Assembly: GCF_009914755.1 (NCBI RefSeq) | Contig: NC_060941.1 | Reading direction: 5' to 3' (one strand) | Origin: the human T2T-CHM13v2.0 reference genome, Homo sapiens | Length of the DNA: 64,000 bases | Shown here: positions 32,640 through 46,750 of the stretch, piece after piece | Layout: each line of letters opens with the position of its first letter | How positions within the stretch are numbered: position 1 is the stretch's first letter | Made by a program: the position numbers and the translations under genes | The notes under the pieces: model-generated | Databases searched by the model: none | The model's input: the letters and a program-made list of their open reading frames with translations, nothing else | Told to the model about the DNA's origin: nothing

Positions 32640-32935
32640 TTTTTTTTTTTTTTTTGAGACATGGTCTCTGTTGCCCAGGCTGGAGTGCAATGGCGTGATC
32701 ACAGCTCACTGCAGCCTCAAGTTCCTGAGCTCAAGCAATCCTCCTGCCTCAGCCTCCTAAGTAGGTAGGACTATTGATGCATGCCACCATACCTGGCCAA
32801 TTTTTTATAATTTTTTGTAGAGATTAGATCTCCCTATGTTTCCCAGGTTGGTCTTGAAGTCCTGGCCTCAAGCAATCCTCTTGCCTCGGCCTCCCAAAGT
32901 GCAAGGATTATAGACTCGAGCCACCACACTCGGCC
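32640..32935 (-). mobile_element. AluJ
   Basis: Antisense dimer. Confidence 0.9.
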
Positions 32936-33384
32936 AACAGACATTTTTTGAGCTCTTGCTATGTGTAGGGCACCATGCTAGATCTTAGGGATCCAGAAAT
33001 GTTAAGTCGAGGTCACTTTCTTCAGTTTCTAACTCTAAATGTCATGGATATGTAGTTCAGAAAGGGCAGACCAAGCACAAGGAATTCCTATACAGGGCAC
33101 CTAGTGAGAGGGCCCCAGAGAGGTCCTTATATGGTGTGGCTGGAAGACACCATTGGGAGAAATTAATTTAGACTCAGCCAGGGGAGAAGAGGGTATGCAA
33201 AGTTTATGGTGGGATTCACAAAGGATCTCAAGGGGGTGGACACAGGGAGGAACTACAGGCAAAGGGGAGACCTTGAATAATACTAAAATTTGATATTTGC
33301 ATAAGATTTTATAGTTTACACACCCTCCTAGCACACACACACATGCACACACACACAAGTTCATTGCTTTTTACCTATATTTAT

Positions 33385-33545
33385 GCTATTTATCCTGTGA
33401 GGCAGACATTACTCTTTTTATACCCATTTTTACAGTTGAAAACTGAGGTTCAGAGAGGGAAAGCAACTTGTCCAAAGTTACACAACTGGAAAGTGACAGA
33501 GCCAGGACTCCGATACTAGTCTTCTCGCTCCAGGTGGAGGTTTCT
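33385..33545 (-). mobile_element. MIR
   Basis: cccattttacagttgaaaactgaggttcagagagg...aaagttacacaact. Confidence 0.8.
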
Positions 33546-34279
33546 TCAGGTAAACCCCTCTTTGAAAATAACTCTTTGGCAATGCACTTAAAAAGAGCCA
33601 TAAAAATGGCTCATCAAAGCTGTCCCACTCAGTGAGAAGAATAGTATCAAGTGTCCTCTCAAGAAGGAGCTATTGTGAACACAGAAACTGAGGACCAGAA
33701 AGTCAAGCTAGGTGGACGGTTGAGCTGAACTAAAACTGAATTGGGTGTTTTGTGGAACTAGACTCTTGTCCTTTGCTGAGCACAGAAGGGGCCCATCCAG
33801 CTACCCCAGAGGGCACCAGACCTTGGTGCTGGGAGCTCAAAGCCAATGCAGCCACTGGTCCATTCTAACCCAGCTCTGCAGCCTCTATTCACATAGTCCC
33901 TCAGACTGTGAAATGAATGAATGAATGAATGAATGAATGAATGAACAAAAATGTTCTGCTTCTCACCTCCACCTTTTTCCCCACCACCCGCCTACTTGGT
34001 GTGAGAGCCCTGTTCTCCACTCCCAAAGGTCAACCCCCAACATCCCTCCTCTACTATCTGCAGGGAATCTACTCAACCTCTTCAGTCTGACTTCTCAACC
34101 AGTACCTTATCCCCCTCCTCCTGCCACCTTCTTAGCTGCCCCCAAGCCTGGCCCTGGGAGGAGCGAAGGTTACCTGGGAACTAGCATTCCCAATGCTGCC
34201 CCCGCCCCCCCGCCCCACAATACACACTCAGTTACTGACTCTCCCACTTCTTCTCCCAATTTTCTCATCCTGCTGCTAA

Positions 34280-34669
<390 letters not shown>

Positions 34670-34872
34670 TGACTTCATTAATAATAAACACATATTTCTT
34701 AGACAAACACATATTTAAGAAATATTTATTGGACACCTATTATGTGTGTAGCTTTGTGTTAAACGCTGGCAATACAGTGACAAGCAAAACAGCTACAGTT
34801 CCTACCCTGATAGAGTGTACAGTCTAGTCAGGGGAGCAGACACTAAGAAGTATGCTTATAAATAAATACATA

Positions 34873-35490
<618 letters not shown>

Positions 35491-35733
35491 TACGTGTGAC
35501 AAGAGCTTTGAAAGAAAAAAATAACAGAAGATGCCTACTCTAGATTTGCACAGAATGCAGAGCTAGTAAGAGCTCTAATGATCACAATACACGCACTGAA
35601 GTCTATACATTTCCCTGTAAGCACTGCTTTAACTGCACCCTGTAAATGTTGACATTAAGTGCATTCATTATCATTCAATTCTAAATATTTAATAATTTTT
35701 GTTGATTTCTTTTTAACCCACAGATAATGTTGA

Positions 35734-36048
<315 letters not shown>

Positions 36049-37099
36049 CGAGGTCAAGTTTTTCATTTCAAAACATGTAGGGTTTTGGTAACTCTCTTTT
36101 GGTGGTTGATTTCTAATTTTATTGCATTATGAGCTGAGAACCATAACGTTCTGTATATGGTAATTCTCTGGAATGTTTTTAAGACGTCTCTTGTGACCTA
36201 ATAATTGTCCACACTGGGCTACCATTCCACGTCCAACTAAATAAAAATAAAGTCTATACATTTTGGTATATCAACGTATATCAATGCCATTAAAAGGATT
36301 ATTAAAAAGATCATGAGAATGGAGAGATGAAAAAGCTGCCCAGGAGAGAAGCTGAGGGAAGAAAACGTGTGAAGGCTTTGGGGCAGAAAGGAACCATTGA
36401 AAGCCTAGACTGGCGGTGAGGCTGTAGCCAGAGAGAGTCAGGAGCGGGCAGACACTGATAGGGGTGAAGTAGGCAGGGGCCAATTTATAAATAAATAAAA
36501 TGGAAAATAATATACGTGAATAATGGCCGAATAGCATTACAAGAGCCAGTCATCACCTCCAGGCCCCCACTGGTCTCCCTCAAGAAAGTACAGGGCAGCG
36601 GAGACTTCATCTCGAGCTGATTTGGACTTTGGGGGTCAGAAAGATAACTCAGCGGGCCAGTGCAGTCCGCCTCCCCTGGTTCCCAGCTCGATTCCCTCCA
36701 CCACCTTTCAGCCTCAGGTTTCCTCACCTGGGAGTAAGATCCACCCCTCAGGCGGTTCTGAGCTCAGGGGATGGACCTAATGGCTGCAAGGCCTGCGTCC
36801 TAACGGGCTTGCAGAACTGCCAGCGCCCGGCCCTGCTTCTGTGTCATCTCTCTGCCTATTCGGGGCGCTCCCAAGTGCGGGCTAGTGCGGTGGTGACGCG
36901 CCGCAGCTGCAGTGTGCCAGAGCCTGGGTGCGAATGCAGCCATTCTGCTAGCTGTCCCTGGGCCGGCTGAGACTCTGGGTGTCCAAGTCAGCATCCGTAA
37001 AAATGGAAGCAATCACTCGATCCACCTCATATGGTGGGGGGAGGGGTAACTGAGCGCATAACTCACTTTAAACACCTGGCTCCGAGCCTGGCACTTAAT

Positions 37100-37850
37100 A
37101 AGCGCTCATTAAACGAGGGTGTCCTTGCCTTGCCGTCTCCCGCATTCGGGCCGCTCCCCGCATTTCCACCCCGCTCCCACTGCTGGGTAAATGTTCATCT
37201 GGACGGGGACAGGATCGGGAACCGCCGGGCAGGGGGTCTGCGCGGCGGCGTCCTCCCCTCCCCGCCCGGCTCTCCCGCTCCATCCCCGCGGCCTGGCCAA
37301 GGGCAGCGCCAAGGGCGCCCGCGGAGGGCGCAGCTGCCCCGGACGGAGCCCCCGCCACCCCCACAGCCGCGCGGGTGCTCCAGAGCATCCAACTTCATTT
37401 CCACTTCAATTTTATCAGCGGCCGGGGAGCCGGGCGGGAGATAGGAGGCCGGCCCTGACACGAATTAGCCCGGAGATTGTCCGATACGCCTTGGCCAGGG
37501 CGCCGGCGCCGCGCGCTCGCCTCCCTCGCCTCTCCTTTGTGTCCGCCTCGCCTCGCCTCTCGGCCTCGCCGCGCTCCATTCCCGCGGCGCTGGCCCGGGC
37601 CGAGCGAACTGCTTTGCCTTTGGCCACGTTGAGCGCGCCGAGGCAGCCGGGGGCGCGGGGCTCCAGGACCCGTCTGCTCCTGGTGCCCCCAGCTCCTCAG
37701 GGTCCGGCCGGGTCACCTGGGCCGATCCAGGCGGGCAGGGGCCTCGCTGCTCCTCCCCCGCAGCCCCTCTCGCCCTCCCGGGGACCGTGTGCGGGGAGCA
37801 GCTGGGAGCTGCGTCTGGAGGGGCTGTCCGACTGGGGAACTTGTCCTGTG
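37100..37850. promoter_or_regulatory. CpG island (no coding exon evident)
   Basis: Very GC-rich with dense CpG (gcgccggcgccgcgcg), in contrast to the CpG-depleted flanks. Confidence 0.9.
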
Positions 37851-38519
37851 CCTTGTCCATGCCATTACATTCATCCTCCCAAGAACCCTGAGAAATGAGG
37901 AGATCGTCAGAGAAGGGGAAACTGAGGCTCAGAGAGGCGACAGTACTCGCCCAAGGTCACGCTGCGAGTAAGTGGTCATCTGTCCATTCCCTAGAGCCTC
38001 GGTGAGGGGGGTTGTCGGGCATATTTACACAGTTGGCATTTCCCCTTTACCTACTATGGGAGGTTGCGAGAATTGATTATTCCCCACATTTATTGCAAGA
38101 AGGAGGCCAAATATGATGAGGATGATGGAGGCACTTAAAGCTTGCAAAGACAGGTGCATGACTTCCTTCCAAACCCTCTTCTCCCAGGTGCCCTCCCAGG
38201 ACACACCCCCTCCCAAGCTTCCTCCCCACTTCCCCCTATAACCCCCCACCCCAATCCAGGCTTGACCCAAAGACACTGTTTTGCTATGTTCCAGCTAGAC
38301 CAATGGTGGAGGCCCAAGAACCATCTCTGGGACCCAGCAGGGGTCTCTCCCCAGCCCCTCCCTAGAGCTTGGGGTGAGGAATGCTAGCCCTGCCTGGCTT
38401 CCCACCTCTGTTTTGGGGTGCTTCTGGGGAAAATTTATATCCCTCTCAGGTTTGGGAACCAATCCCACACTAAAAAGAAAGAAGAAAGAGAGAAGGAAAT
38501 GATTTTAATTTTTTTAGGT

Positions 38520-38750
38520 CCAGAAATGAAGCAGAAGTGAGTAAATTTTAATGAAACGGTGCAAAAATGACATCATTTACTCAGAAATCATTAATTTGTC
38601 AGCATTAATATTTCAGCTACAACATTGCCTGTCATTTTGTGCCTGCAATGACTGATAAATCTATAAAAGCGTGCTGCTAATTTACTGAATATTTATGTGC
38701 AGTGTCATTTGCAGAGTAAGAATGGAATTTATTTCATGCCGAGTTCTGCG
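38520..38750. promoter_or_regulatory. Candidate developmental enhancer (TALE/homeodomain cluster)
   Basis: Unique AT-rich island with four TGACA/TGTCA, four or more TAAT cores and a Maf half-site. Confidence 0.6.
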
Positions 38751-39045
38751 GGAGAACATTCCCCACAAACCTTCACCCTGGTAGGTGGGGGAGGGCAGGG
38801 GGAGACTCCAAACTTCCTGGAAAACTGGTAACAGGATGAGAAGAAAGGGGGCCCCTCGGGGCTCAGCCCCCCCAGCCCCAGAGCACAGGGAGGGAACACC
38901 TCACTTTTGCTCAGGTGGTGCAAAGGCACTCCTGGGATCCCCTCCGTGCCCCCATCGTGGCCAGTTCACATTTGACCTCTCCTGCAGCATTCTCCTCAAA
39001 GCTATCTGCTCCCAGAAAGGCGCCCTGGATTCTGCTGCCCTCTCA

Positions 39046-39470
<425 letters not shown>

Positions 39471-39489
39471 GGATCTGAGAAGAGCTAAT

Positions 39490-39668
39490 GTGCCTAACGT
39501 GGAGTCAGGCAGCCTGAGTTCCAGTCCTGGCTCTGTGAATATTCTCAGCAGTCTGGGTCTCAGTGTCCTCATCTGGAACATGGGAACGCTATCAGCACCT
39601 GCTTCCAGAGACACAGTGAGGATTGGCTGACCTAATGCATGTAACGGACCCGGGAAACATTAGCTACT
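39490..39668 (+). mobile_element. MIR
   Basis: ggagtcaggcagcctgagttccagtcctggctctg...ctcagtgtcctcatctg. Confidence 0.75.
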
Positions 39669-41164
39669 GCTGCTGCTGCTGTCACTGAAAGAATCACTGC
39701 CAGATTCCCTGCTCCTGGGGTGTTCTTTTTCTGGGTCTTTTTCCCCAGGTGGGAAGTGGGAGGCCCTGAGACCCCATCCCCACAATCCTGAGAGGAACAC
39801 AACCCCCAACAAGGCTCCTCCCTCCCCTACGTGGGTCTGCTTCCCCAGCCTCAAAGGGGAGTCCCATTCTCCTCACCCACTCCCTTCTCATTTCCATAGG
39901 CTGAGTCTCCAGAATTCCATGGTGGTATCTATCCAGAAGCACCTTCCTGAAGCGCCCAGCCCAGCCGGTGTTTCCCTGGCCCTCAGAGCTGTCCATTTCA
40001 CAGAGAGCAAAATCAAGGCTCTGAGAGTGGTGCCAGCTGCCTAACGACCCCTCGCCCCCATTTCCCCTTTCCCATCCCAACAAGAGCACAAATCACGAGC
40101 CTTCAGGTTTTGCACAATTTTGCTCAATTTCCTGCCTGAATGGCACAGGGCCTGACCCTCTGCAGGTGCTCAGGAAATGTTCGTGGAATCAATAAAGGAC
40201 AGCTAAATCTCCCATCTTCTGAAAGCTCTTTGTCTCCTCCCTCCCTCCTGCTCCCCACACTCCATCAGGGTGGCTGGTGGCCTCCTCCTCTGGAAAGCCT
40301 CTCGAATGGCTCCTTTCTCTTCTTTGCCCCTGCTGCTGCTCTAGTGGAGTCCTTGCTAGCACTTACGCGGGCCACTGCACTAGGCTGCTCAGAGGTCTCT
40401 CTACCTCCATTTCCCACCTCTGATGCAGTCGCCCTGAGCTGCCAGCGCTCTCTCAGGAGCATCCTGCCAGCACCACTCCCTAACTTACAGCTCCAGCGGC
40501 CCCCACTGCTGGAGAAATGGCGCCCGCCTGCCCTTCCAGATCTGGCATGCTGGCCTCTTCTTCCTCTCTGAGAGCCCCGCCTGCTATTTAACATGCAGGT
40601 CAACACTTGTCTGTCTCCAGGGCTTTGCTGTCCCTTCTGCCCAGTGTCCTTCCATTCCTCACAGCCAAATCACATCTATCCTTCAAGGCCCATCACAGCC
40701 GATCCTGGTCCCTTCAGAATTCCTCCTCATCCAAGCAAGGCCACGGGGACAGGGAGCTGCCTTCTCTCCCAAGCAAGCCCTAGTGTGGGAGAAAATGTCA
40801 GGCAAAGGAAAGGAAGGGCACCCATTGTCTGCATCTTGGGGAGAACACTGGACTGGTGGTCGGGGGGCCTGGGTTCTCTTTCTGGTCAGCACTGTGTGGC
40901 CTTGACCTTGCCTATCTATGAAATGGGCTGGTCCAGATCTCTCCAGTCCACACTCTGAATCTATCTTGTTCACGGCTGCATCTTGCACCAAGCCTAGCAC
41001 AAGGCACATAGTTCCTCAATAAATACTCACTGAGTGACAGACTTCTAAAGCCCTGCTCTATGCCAGGGTTCTGAGATTCTGCAACTTGGTATTGTCCAGG
41101 CAGACATTTGGGGGACTACCCAGGGACAGGCAGAAGGAACTGCTTCACTACCAACATTGAAGAG

Positions 41165-41330
41165 TGGCAGACTTTCACATAAATGACATTATTTAATCCT
41201 CGTAACAGCCCTGTGGCCTGCACTTCCCCATCACCATTTCACAGATGAGGAAACTGAGGCTAGAAGGTTAAGTGACCTGATCAAGCTCACACCCAGGTCC
41301 TTGGCTTCAAATCCAGTGCTCTTTCTGCTG
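41165..41330 (-). mobile_element. MIR
   Basis: atttaatcctcgtaacagccctg...acagatgaggaaactgaggct. Confidence 0.8.
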
Positions 41331-41334
41331 CCCC

Positions 41335-41680
41335 CAAATGCTTTCATTTGCTCTTAGAATAAACCCCAAGACTTCTGTGGCCTGTGAGACTGTGTGATCA
41401 TGCCCCTGAGATCTTCTTCAAACTCACTCGCCCCCCTGGATCAGAGCCACACTGGACTCTGGCTGCTCCTTGAACGCTGTAAGCTCATTCCCTCCTCCAG
41501 GCCTTTGCACTGCTATTTCCTCCGCCTGGAAAGTTTGTCTTCGCCATCCAGATCTCAGCTCCCATGCCACCTTTTCAGAGGCCTTCCTTGCCCACCAAGC
41601 TAAAATAGATATTTCGTTTCCCTCAGACACCACCTGACACGGTCTCATATGTCTGTGGCCTGTTGGTTGCCTGTGTCCTC
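41335..41680 (+). mobile_element. L2 fragment
   Basis: ctcttagaataaacccc...gccacactgg...aggcctttgcactgct...cttttcagaggccttcc. Confidence 0.65.
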
Positions 41681-43329
41681 CCTGAGGGTTCCTGTCTGGC
41701 CCTATAAGCTAGGTCTCTGGAACGCACCTGGCTGAGAGTGACTATTGGATGGATGGATCCATGCCTTGCAGCTCTGCCTGGGTATGTTAGAGGAAAACTA
41801 TGAACCTCCTGTCTTCCAGGAGAAGAGATGGGGTGGCTGGAAGGCAGGGATGTGGTAGGTTGGGGGCACCAGGAATGCAAGGTGCAGCCCAGTCCCAGAA
41901 GCTGGAATCCAGAAAAGGGAGGCTGGGAGGCACTGCCCACCCTTGTCCTAGCCACGCCCCCCTCCACCCCCATGCCTCACACTCATTTCCTTCCCGGAGT
42001 CAGTCTCATTTGCTTTCCCTAAAAGCCGCTGGAGGAGCCAATATGTACGTGATGAATATTTCATCTCCTGAGCGTGGGTTTGCGGGAGAGCTGTGATCCC
42101 CTGGGGAGGGAGCACTGCCCAGCCGTGCCTGGGAAGAAGGGGGGCTGAGAGGGGCACTGGCAATAGGCTCTGAAGAAGGCAGGTTTTAGGGTCCACCCAC
42201 CTGCTCCTGCCGACACCGTTGGCCTTGGGAGGCTCAGAGAGGTCAGGGCAGCCCGAATCTGAGGCACAAATACTTCGTGCCCCATGGGGCTCCCAGTCCT
42301 TCGTTGGGGTTCGCCTGTGGCAAGGGGCAGATGTTTTCCTGAGCCCAGAGATGCATGAAAAATGGGGAAAATGAGGCTTAGGGAGGCTGAGAGGGAGAGG
42401 GGAGAGAACAATACCAGGGTTCTGAGGTTCTGAGGTTTGCGCACCCACGAACCCACACTCAGGAGATGTCCAGGCTGAAGGTGCCACTGGCATGACTATG
42501 GCTGAAGGTGTGGAGCACATCCTGGTCCTCACATATAGTGGCCCCTCAAATAGGAGTCCTGGGAACTGTCTCCCCCTGGGGATGGGGGCTGGGAAGCTAC
42601 AGCCTGAGAAGGGAAGGGAGGGACAGGTAAGCACAGAGGAAGAAGGAGGAATGAGGAGCATGTGGCTCACTTCGCTCCTGCCCTGTGCCCATCCCCAGCC
42701 CCACGCTGTGCTCTCCACCCTTCCCCTCCGTGGCCACAGCAGCCAATGATGGCCAAGGCAAGCTTATCCAGCTCTGGAAGCTGCCAGTCCTGGTTGCCAG
42801 TCCTCTGCTCCCTCACCAGTTGACTGACCTTTGAATCTACCTAAACCTCAGTTTCCCCATTTGAAAAATAGCATTAGTTATACCACCTGGCTGGGTAATT
42901 CTGAAGGGCCAGCAGAGTGCCTGGCACATGATAAAGACTCAGGGGATTTACAGTCTACACCACATACACATGCACACAGGCACACACACGCCCCACCATC
43001 ACCTCTCCTCTGTCATCCACCTCTGGTTTGAAAACAAAGGACCACCCGTTGCCTCCTCCTTCACCCAGGCTCTCTCACCTCTCCCTCTACCCTGTCCACC
43101 CCCTCACCACACACCCCACTCCACAACCTTGAGCCTCTGTTCCCTGAGGAGCGGAGTGGGCGTTGGGAAGGAAGGGGAGGTATCTCATCTCCTGGGCCTC
43201 GGCCAGCCCTGGGTCAAGACGACCCCTTGCCGCAGTGTCCCCCAGCCCTCTGCAGCCAGATCTGCCCCTCCCCCGGCGGCCAGGCTCAGTCCCGTCCCTC
43301 CATCCCCACCCACCACATTACCCTCTGAA

Positions 43330-43715
43330 TACTCTCATTATACCATTACTAATTAGGGCTGCTCAGCAAATTGGCGGCTGCATTCGAGGGAGACAGTGTG
43401 CGGAGCATATGGCATAATATCATATTAATGAACACTCTAAATTCAAACCCGGGTCAGCTGCTCGCTTCTCGCCAGTGTCACCCACGCTAAAGGAGGGAGG
43501 GGAAAAAAAGCAGTCAACCTTTCCCTCCCTTCCCTTGCCTCTCTCCAAACACACATTCTGCAGCGTGGGCTGGGCTGGGCTGGCATCGCACTGTGGACCT
43601 GCATGGCCCAAAGAAGGGCCTCCCTCCCGCCATGTGTAAGCGGACGCTTCTACGATTAGAACTAATTAATAATAAACCAGGGCCATGGCCGGGCTCTTCC
43701 CCTATATTATCTCTG
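43330..43715. promoter_or_regulatory. Candidate developmental enhancer (bipartite)
   Basis: CTAATTAG 43349, TGCTCAGCA 43360, CATATG 43406, CAGCTG 43455, CTAATTAAT 43662; CpGs retained. Confidence 0.55.
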
Positions 43716-46104
43716 TGGTTCCCAACATCCCTGCCGAGGGGGCTTCAGCACAGGGGGGCGAACTGAGAGCCTCTGAGGTCACGGTGCTTTTTCCGGGTGA
43801 CAGGGTGGCTGGGCTGGACATCAACCTAGGCTTTCTGCTCTCCAGTCCTGCTTGTCCTGCTCTGTCCAGCCCACAGGTGGAGAATTTGGCTCGTCAAGTT
43901 CTACCCGGCACACCTGGGTGGACAAGCACCTTCCTCTTTCTCATTCTCTCTCCCTCGCCTCTCTCCCACGTTCTACAGAGGACGCGAAGATGATGAATTC
44001 ACGTATGGCCTGGGAGTGTTGGTGGTACCCCCGGCCTCCCTGCATCCTGGGAGGAGGAGACGAAGCGGAAGCTTGGGTGGGGGGCGGATTCTGGGGTCAG
44101 TCTGAGGAGGCCTTGGGGAAGAAGTGAGCGCTAAGCAAGGCTCCCAAGAGGAATGGAAGGGCCTGAACCAAAGCTGGCTTGCCCTCAGCCAGGGGGCAGT
44201 GCCCACAGATGCCCTGGATGGAGCCTGTCCAAGGCGTCCTGTGTCTGCTAGTCTGAGCCAGGGATGAGCCTGAACGGGCCTCCCATGCTATCCATCTTTC
44301 TGTCTGATGGGCTGTTGTCAGTATCCTCAATAGGATCACAGGTTTCTTGAGCTCCCAATTCCTCATTTCACATCAAGGTAAGAGGCTGCTTCATGCCTGC
44401 TGCCCTTGAGCCCAGAGACTGCGGAAAGCGAGGGGCTGGCCACTTGTGCACACATCTCCTATCTCTGCCCAGGCTTGTCCTTGCCCTGATCAAAGCATCC
44501 TTCAATTTTGCCTCCCCCAAGGAGCCTTCCCTGATTAAGACCACAGAGTCCTTAGCATCTGAGAGTGTCTTAGAGATTGATCTTAGGTGGTGTCCCCAAA
44601 TTGAGGACTGGGCCTTTCTATCACAGAAGGGAGGGTGGCCAGATCCTCACCGAAACAAATAAACAAAAACCTCTCCTGCCTGTGCCTGCCCCCACTCCAA
44701 ACTCGGGGAGCTGAGCTTCCTAAGCTGGGGCATCCTCCGGGTGTCTCAGATATGGGGGTGCTCTGGGCTGGGAGTCAAGGTGGATTTCACCTCCAATTAA
44801 GTCACAGTGCAAACCCCTTCGGGCCCCTTCTCTGGCTGCAATCTTTGTGAATTCAGTTCCTGACATCCTCCCAGTCCTCCTCACCCAGGGGCTGTGAAGA
44901 TCAGCAGATGTTCCGGGCCCAGGAAAGTGTTTATCAGGACACATTGTTAGGGGGAATCTTGTCAAAGAATTGGAGCTTCCAGGCTCCTCTCTCAAGTCTA
45001 ACAGGAACAAGGACTTCCTGTCCACCTCTTGGGTGTATGTGATGAGTGTATGTGTGTGTGTGTATGTGATGTGTATGTGATGAGTCTGTTGGGGAGGACT
45101 GGGGATGATTTGGGGTGTTTACTTTCTTAGCAGGGCCCCAATCCGGAATCAGGGAGGAGTCACTTGGGTTTTGACCTTCGTTTTACTGTAGGTCTCCAGG
45201 GAGTGAGTGCCTTCTTTCTTTACTTCTCCGTCTATGGAATGGGTATATTCACAGTAGCTTAGCCGGGACTGAGAGATGCTTCTGTGAAAGACCCACTCCG
45301 TGAGGCTTGAGACTCTGGCCTAGCTGGGCATCCACCACCTCCCACCTCCTGCGTTGGCGCCATCAAGATGGAAGAGCTGCCTGACCAAGTGACTGCTCCT
45401 CTCCTGGGCTGTCACACAGGAAGAGAGGCTGGAGTGCCCTGTGCCACTGCCCAGAGACCTCTGCTGTGGGCAGCCTTGAGCTAGCCAGCTGTGGGGCCCT
45501 TGCTGCCACCCAAGGTGTGAGAGGCCCCCTTGGCGACAGACATTCAGCCCCCCACCGCATGACAGGTGCCTTCGTCTGTGTCTGCGGCACCAGAACCCAG
45601 CCTCAGCCACTTGGGGGCTCTGCCTGTGCATGCCACCCCCCCGCCCCGCACCCCCAGCCACCCTGCCTGGTATCCAGGCCACACTGTCTCATCCTGGGCC
45701 CTGCCCCACTCGCCACCACTCACACCATGGTCATAGAATCATTTTCCTTTGTCTCCAGAACCCACACACCCTCCCCTCCTCCCCGTAGCTCTACCAGCAG
45801 GGGAGCCCAGGAGAAGCAGACTAGCCAGGCGGAACGCAGGGGTGTCAGTGAGCCCTGGATGACAGTTATTTATCTGCCCCCACCAAGCCATTACCTACCC
45901 CCCCACCCCGCCCCGCCCCGCTGCTGGACCCCCATCCCTTCCCTCTCCGCTAGTAGAGGAGTAAACAAACCCACTCAGGGGGAGGTGTTGGCTGGTCTCT
46001 GGATTTTAGAAGCTGCTTGTGAGGACTTGTCTGGGGGTGGGGACAACCCCACTCCATCTCTCCAGAGGCAATAATGCAACTCTATGTTGCAGATTTGGCT
46101 CTGT

Positions 46105-46297
46105 CGTGCGTGTGTGTGCGTGTGTGTGCATGTGTGTGCCTGTGTGCGTGTGTACCTGCGTGTGTGCGTGTGCGTGCATGTGCGTGTGTGTGTGTGCATG
46201 TGCGTACGTGTGTGGGTGTGTGCATGTGTTGCGTGTGTACGTGTATGCGCGTGTGTGTGCATGTGTGCATGCATGTGCGTGCATGCATGTGTGTGTG
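46105..46297 (+). repeat. Compound (TG/CG/CA)n alternating purine-pyrimidine tract
   Basis: Directly visible, about 190 bp. Confidence 0.95.
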
Positions 46298-46583
46298 AAC
46301 CAAGGTTCCAAGGAGGTCTGGACTCTTCCCAAAGAGGAGAGGCTGAGCTAGAAGGGAGCTGAAAGGCCATCTCCTTGGAAGCCTGAACCTGGGGCCCAGG
46401 GAGGTGAGGGACCTTCCCCAGGTGACAAAGCCAGCAGGAGGAACCCTCAGGTCTGGGTAAAGTGTACTTTCCACAAGTGACCCCTATTGCTAGATCTCTG
46501 TTCAGAGACCCTGTAAACACCACAACCCCATACCCACACTTTTCACACAGTCTTCTCCCATTGGCCCTATGTCTGGGGTGAGA

Positions 46584-46750
46584 ATGGGACCAGCTACACT
46601 ACTTGTAGTTCCCGATGCAAAATGAAAGTGCAGGCCCCTTGTTCAGACATTATTAAGGCTTTCAAGATAGCGACAGAAGAGCATTAAACCATTAAACCTT
46701 CTAACCACAGGGCTCTGTACACAGATCACCAGCCCATGAACCTGGCCCTG
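46584..46750 (-). mobile_element. MER45A (hAT)
   Basis: tgcaaaatgaaagtgcaggccccttgttca...gagcattaaacc...cccatgaacctggccctg. Confidence 0.8.

Noticed and set aside
37191-37898. 235-aa ORF and overlapping ORFs across the CpG island
   Set aside because: Low-complexity Pro/Ala/Arg/Gly frames are open on both strands, as expected for stop-poor GC-rich DNA; no recognisable domain
37960-37980. GTAAGT as the donor of a first exon from the island
   Set aside because: It lies in a MIR, where this hexamer is consensus; the exonic side is weak and no transcript evidence is available
41948-42718. Longest ORF (256 aa, minus strand)
   Set aside because: No recognisable domain or exon structure; consistent with chance in GC-rich sequence
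45975-46523. His/Thr-rich and Cys/Val-rich ORFs
   Set aside because: Translations of the (TG/CA)n tract
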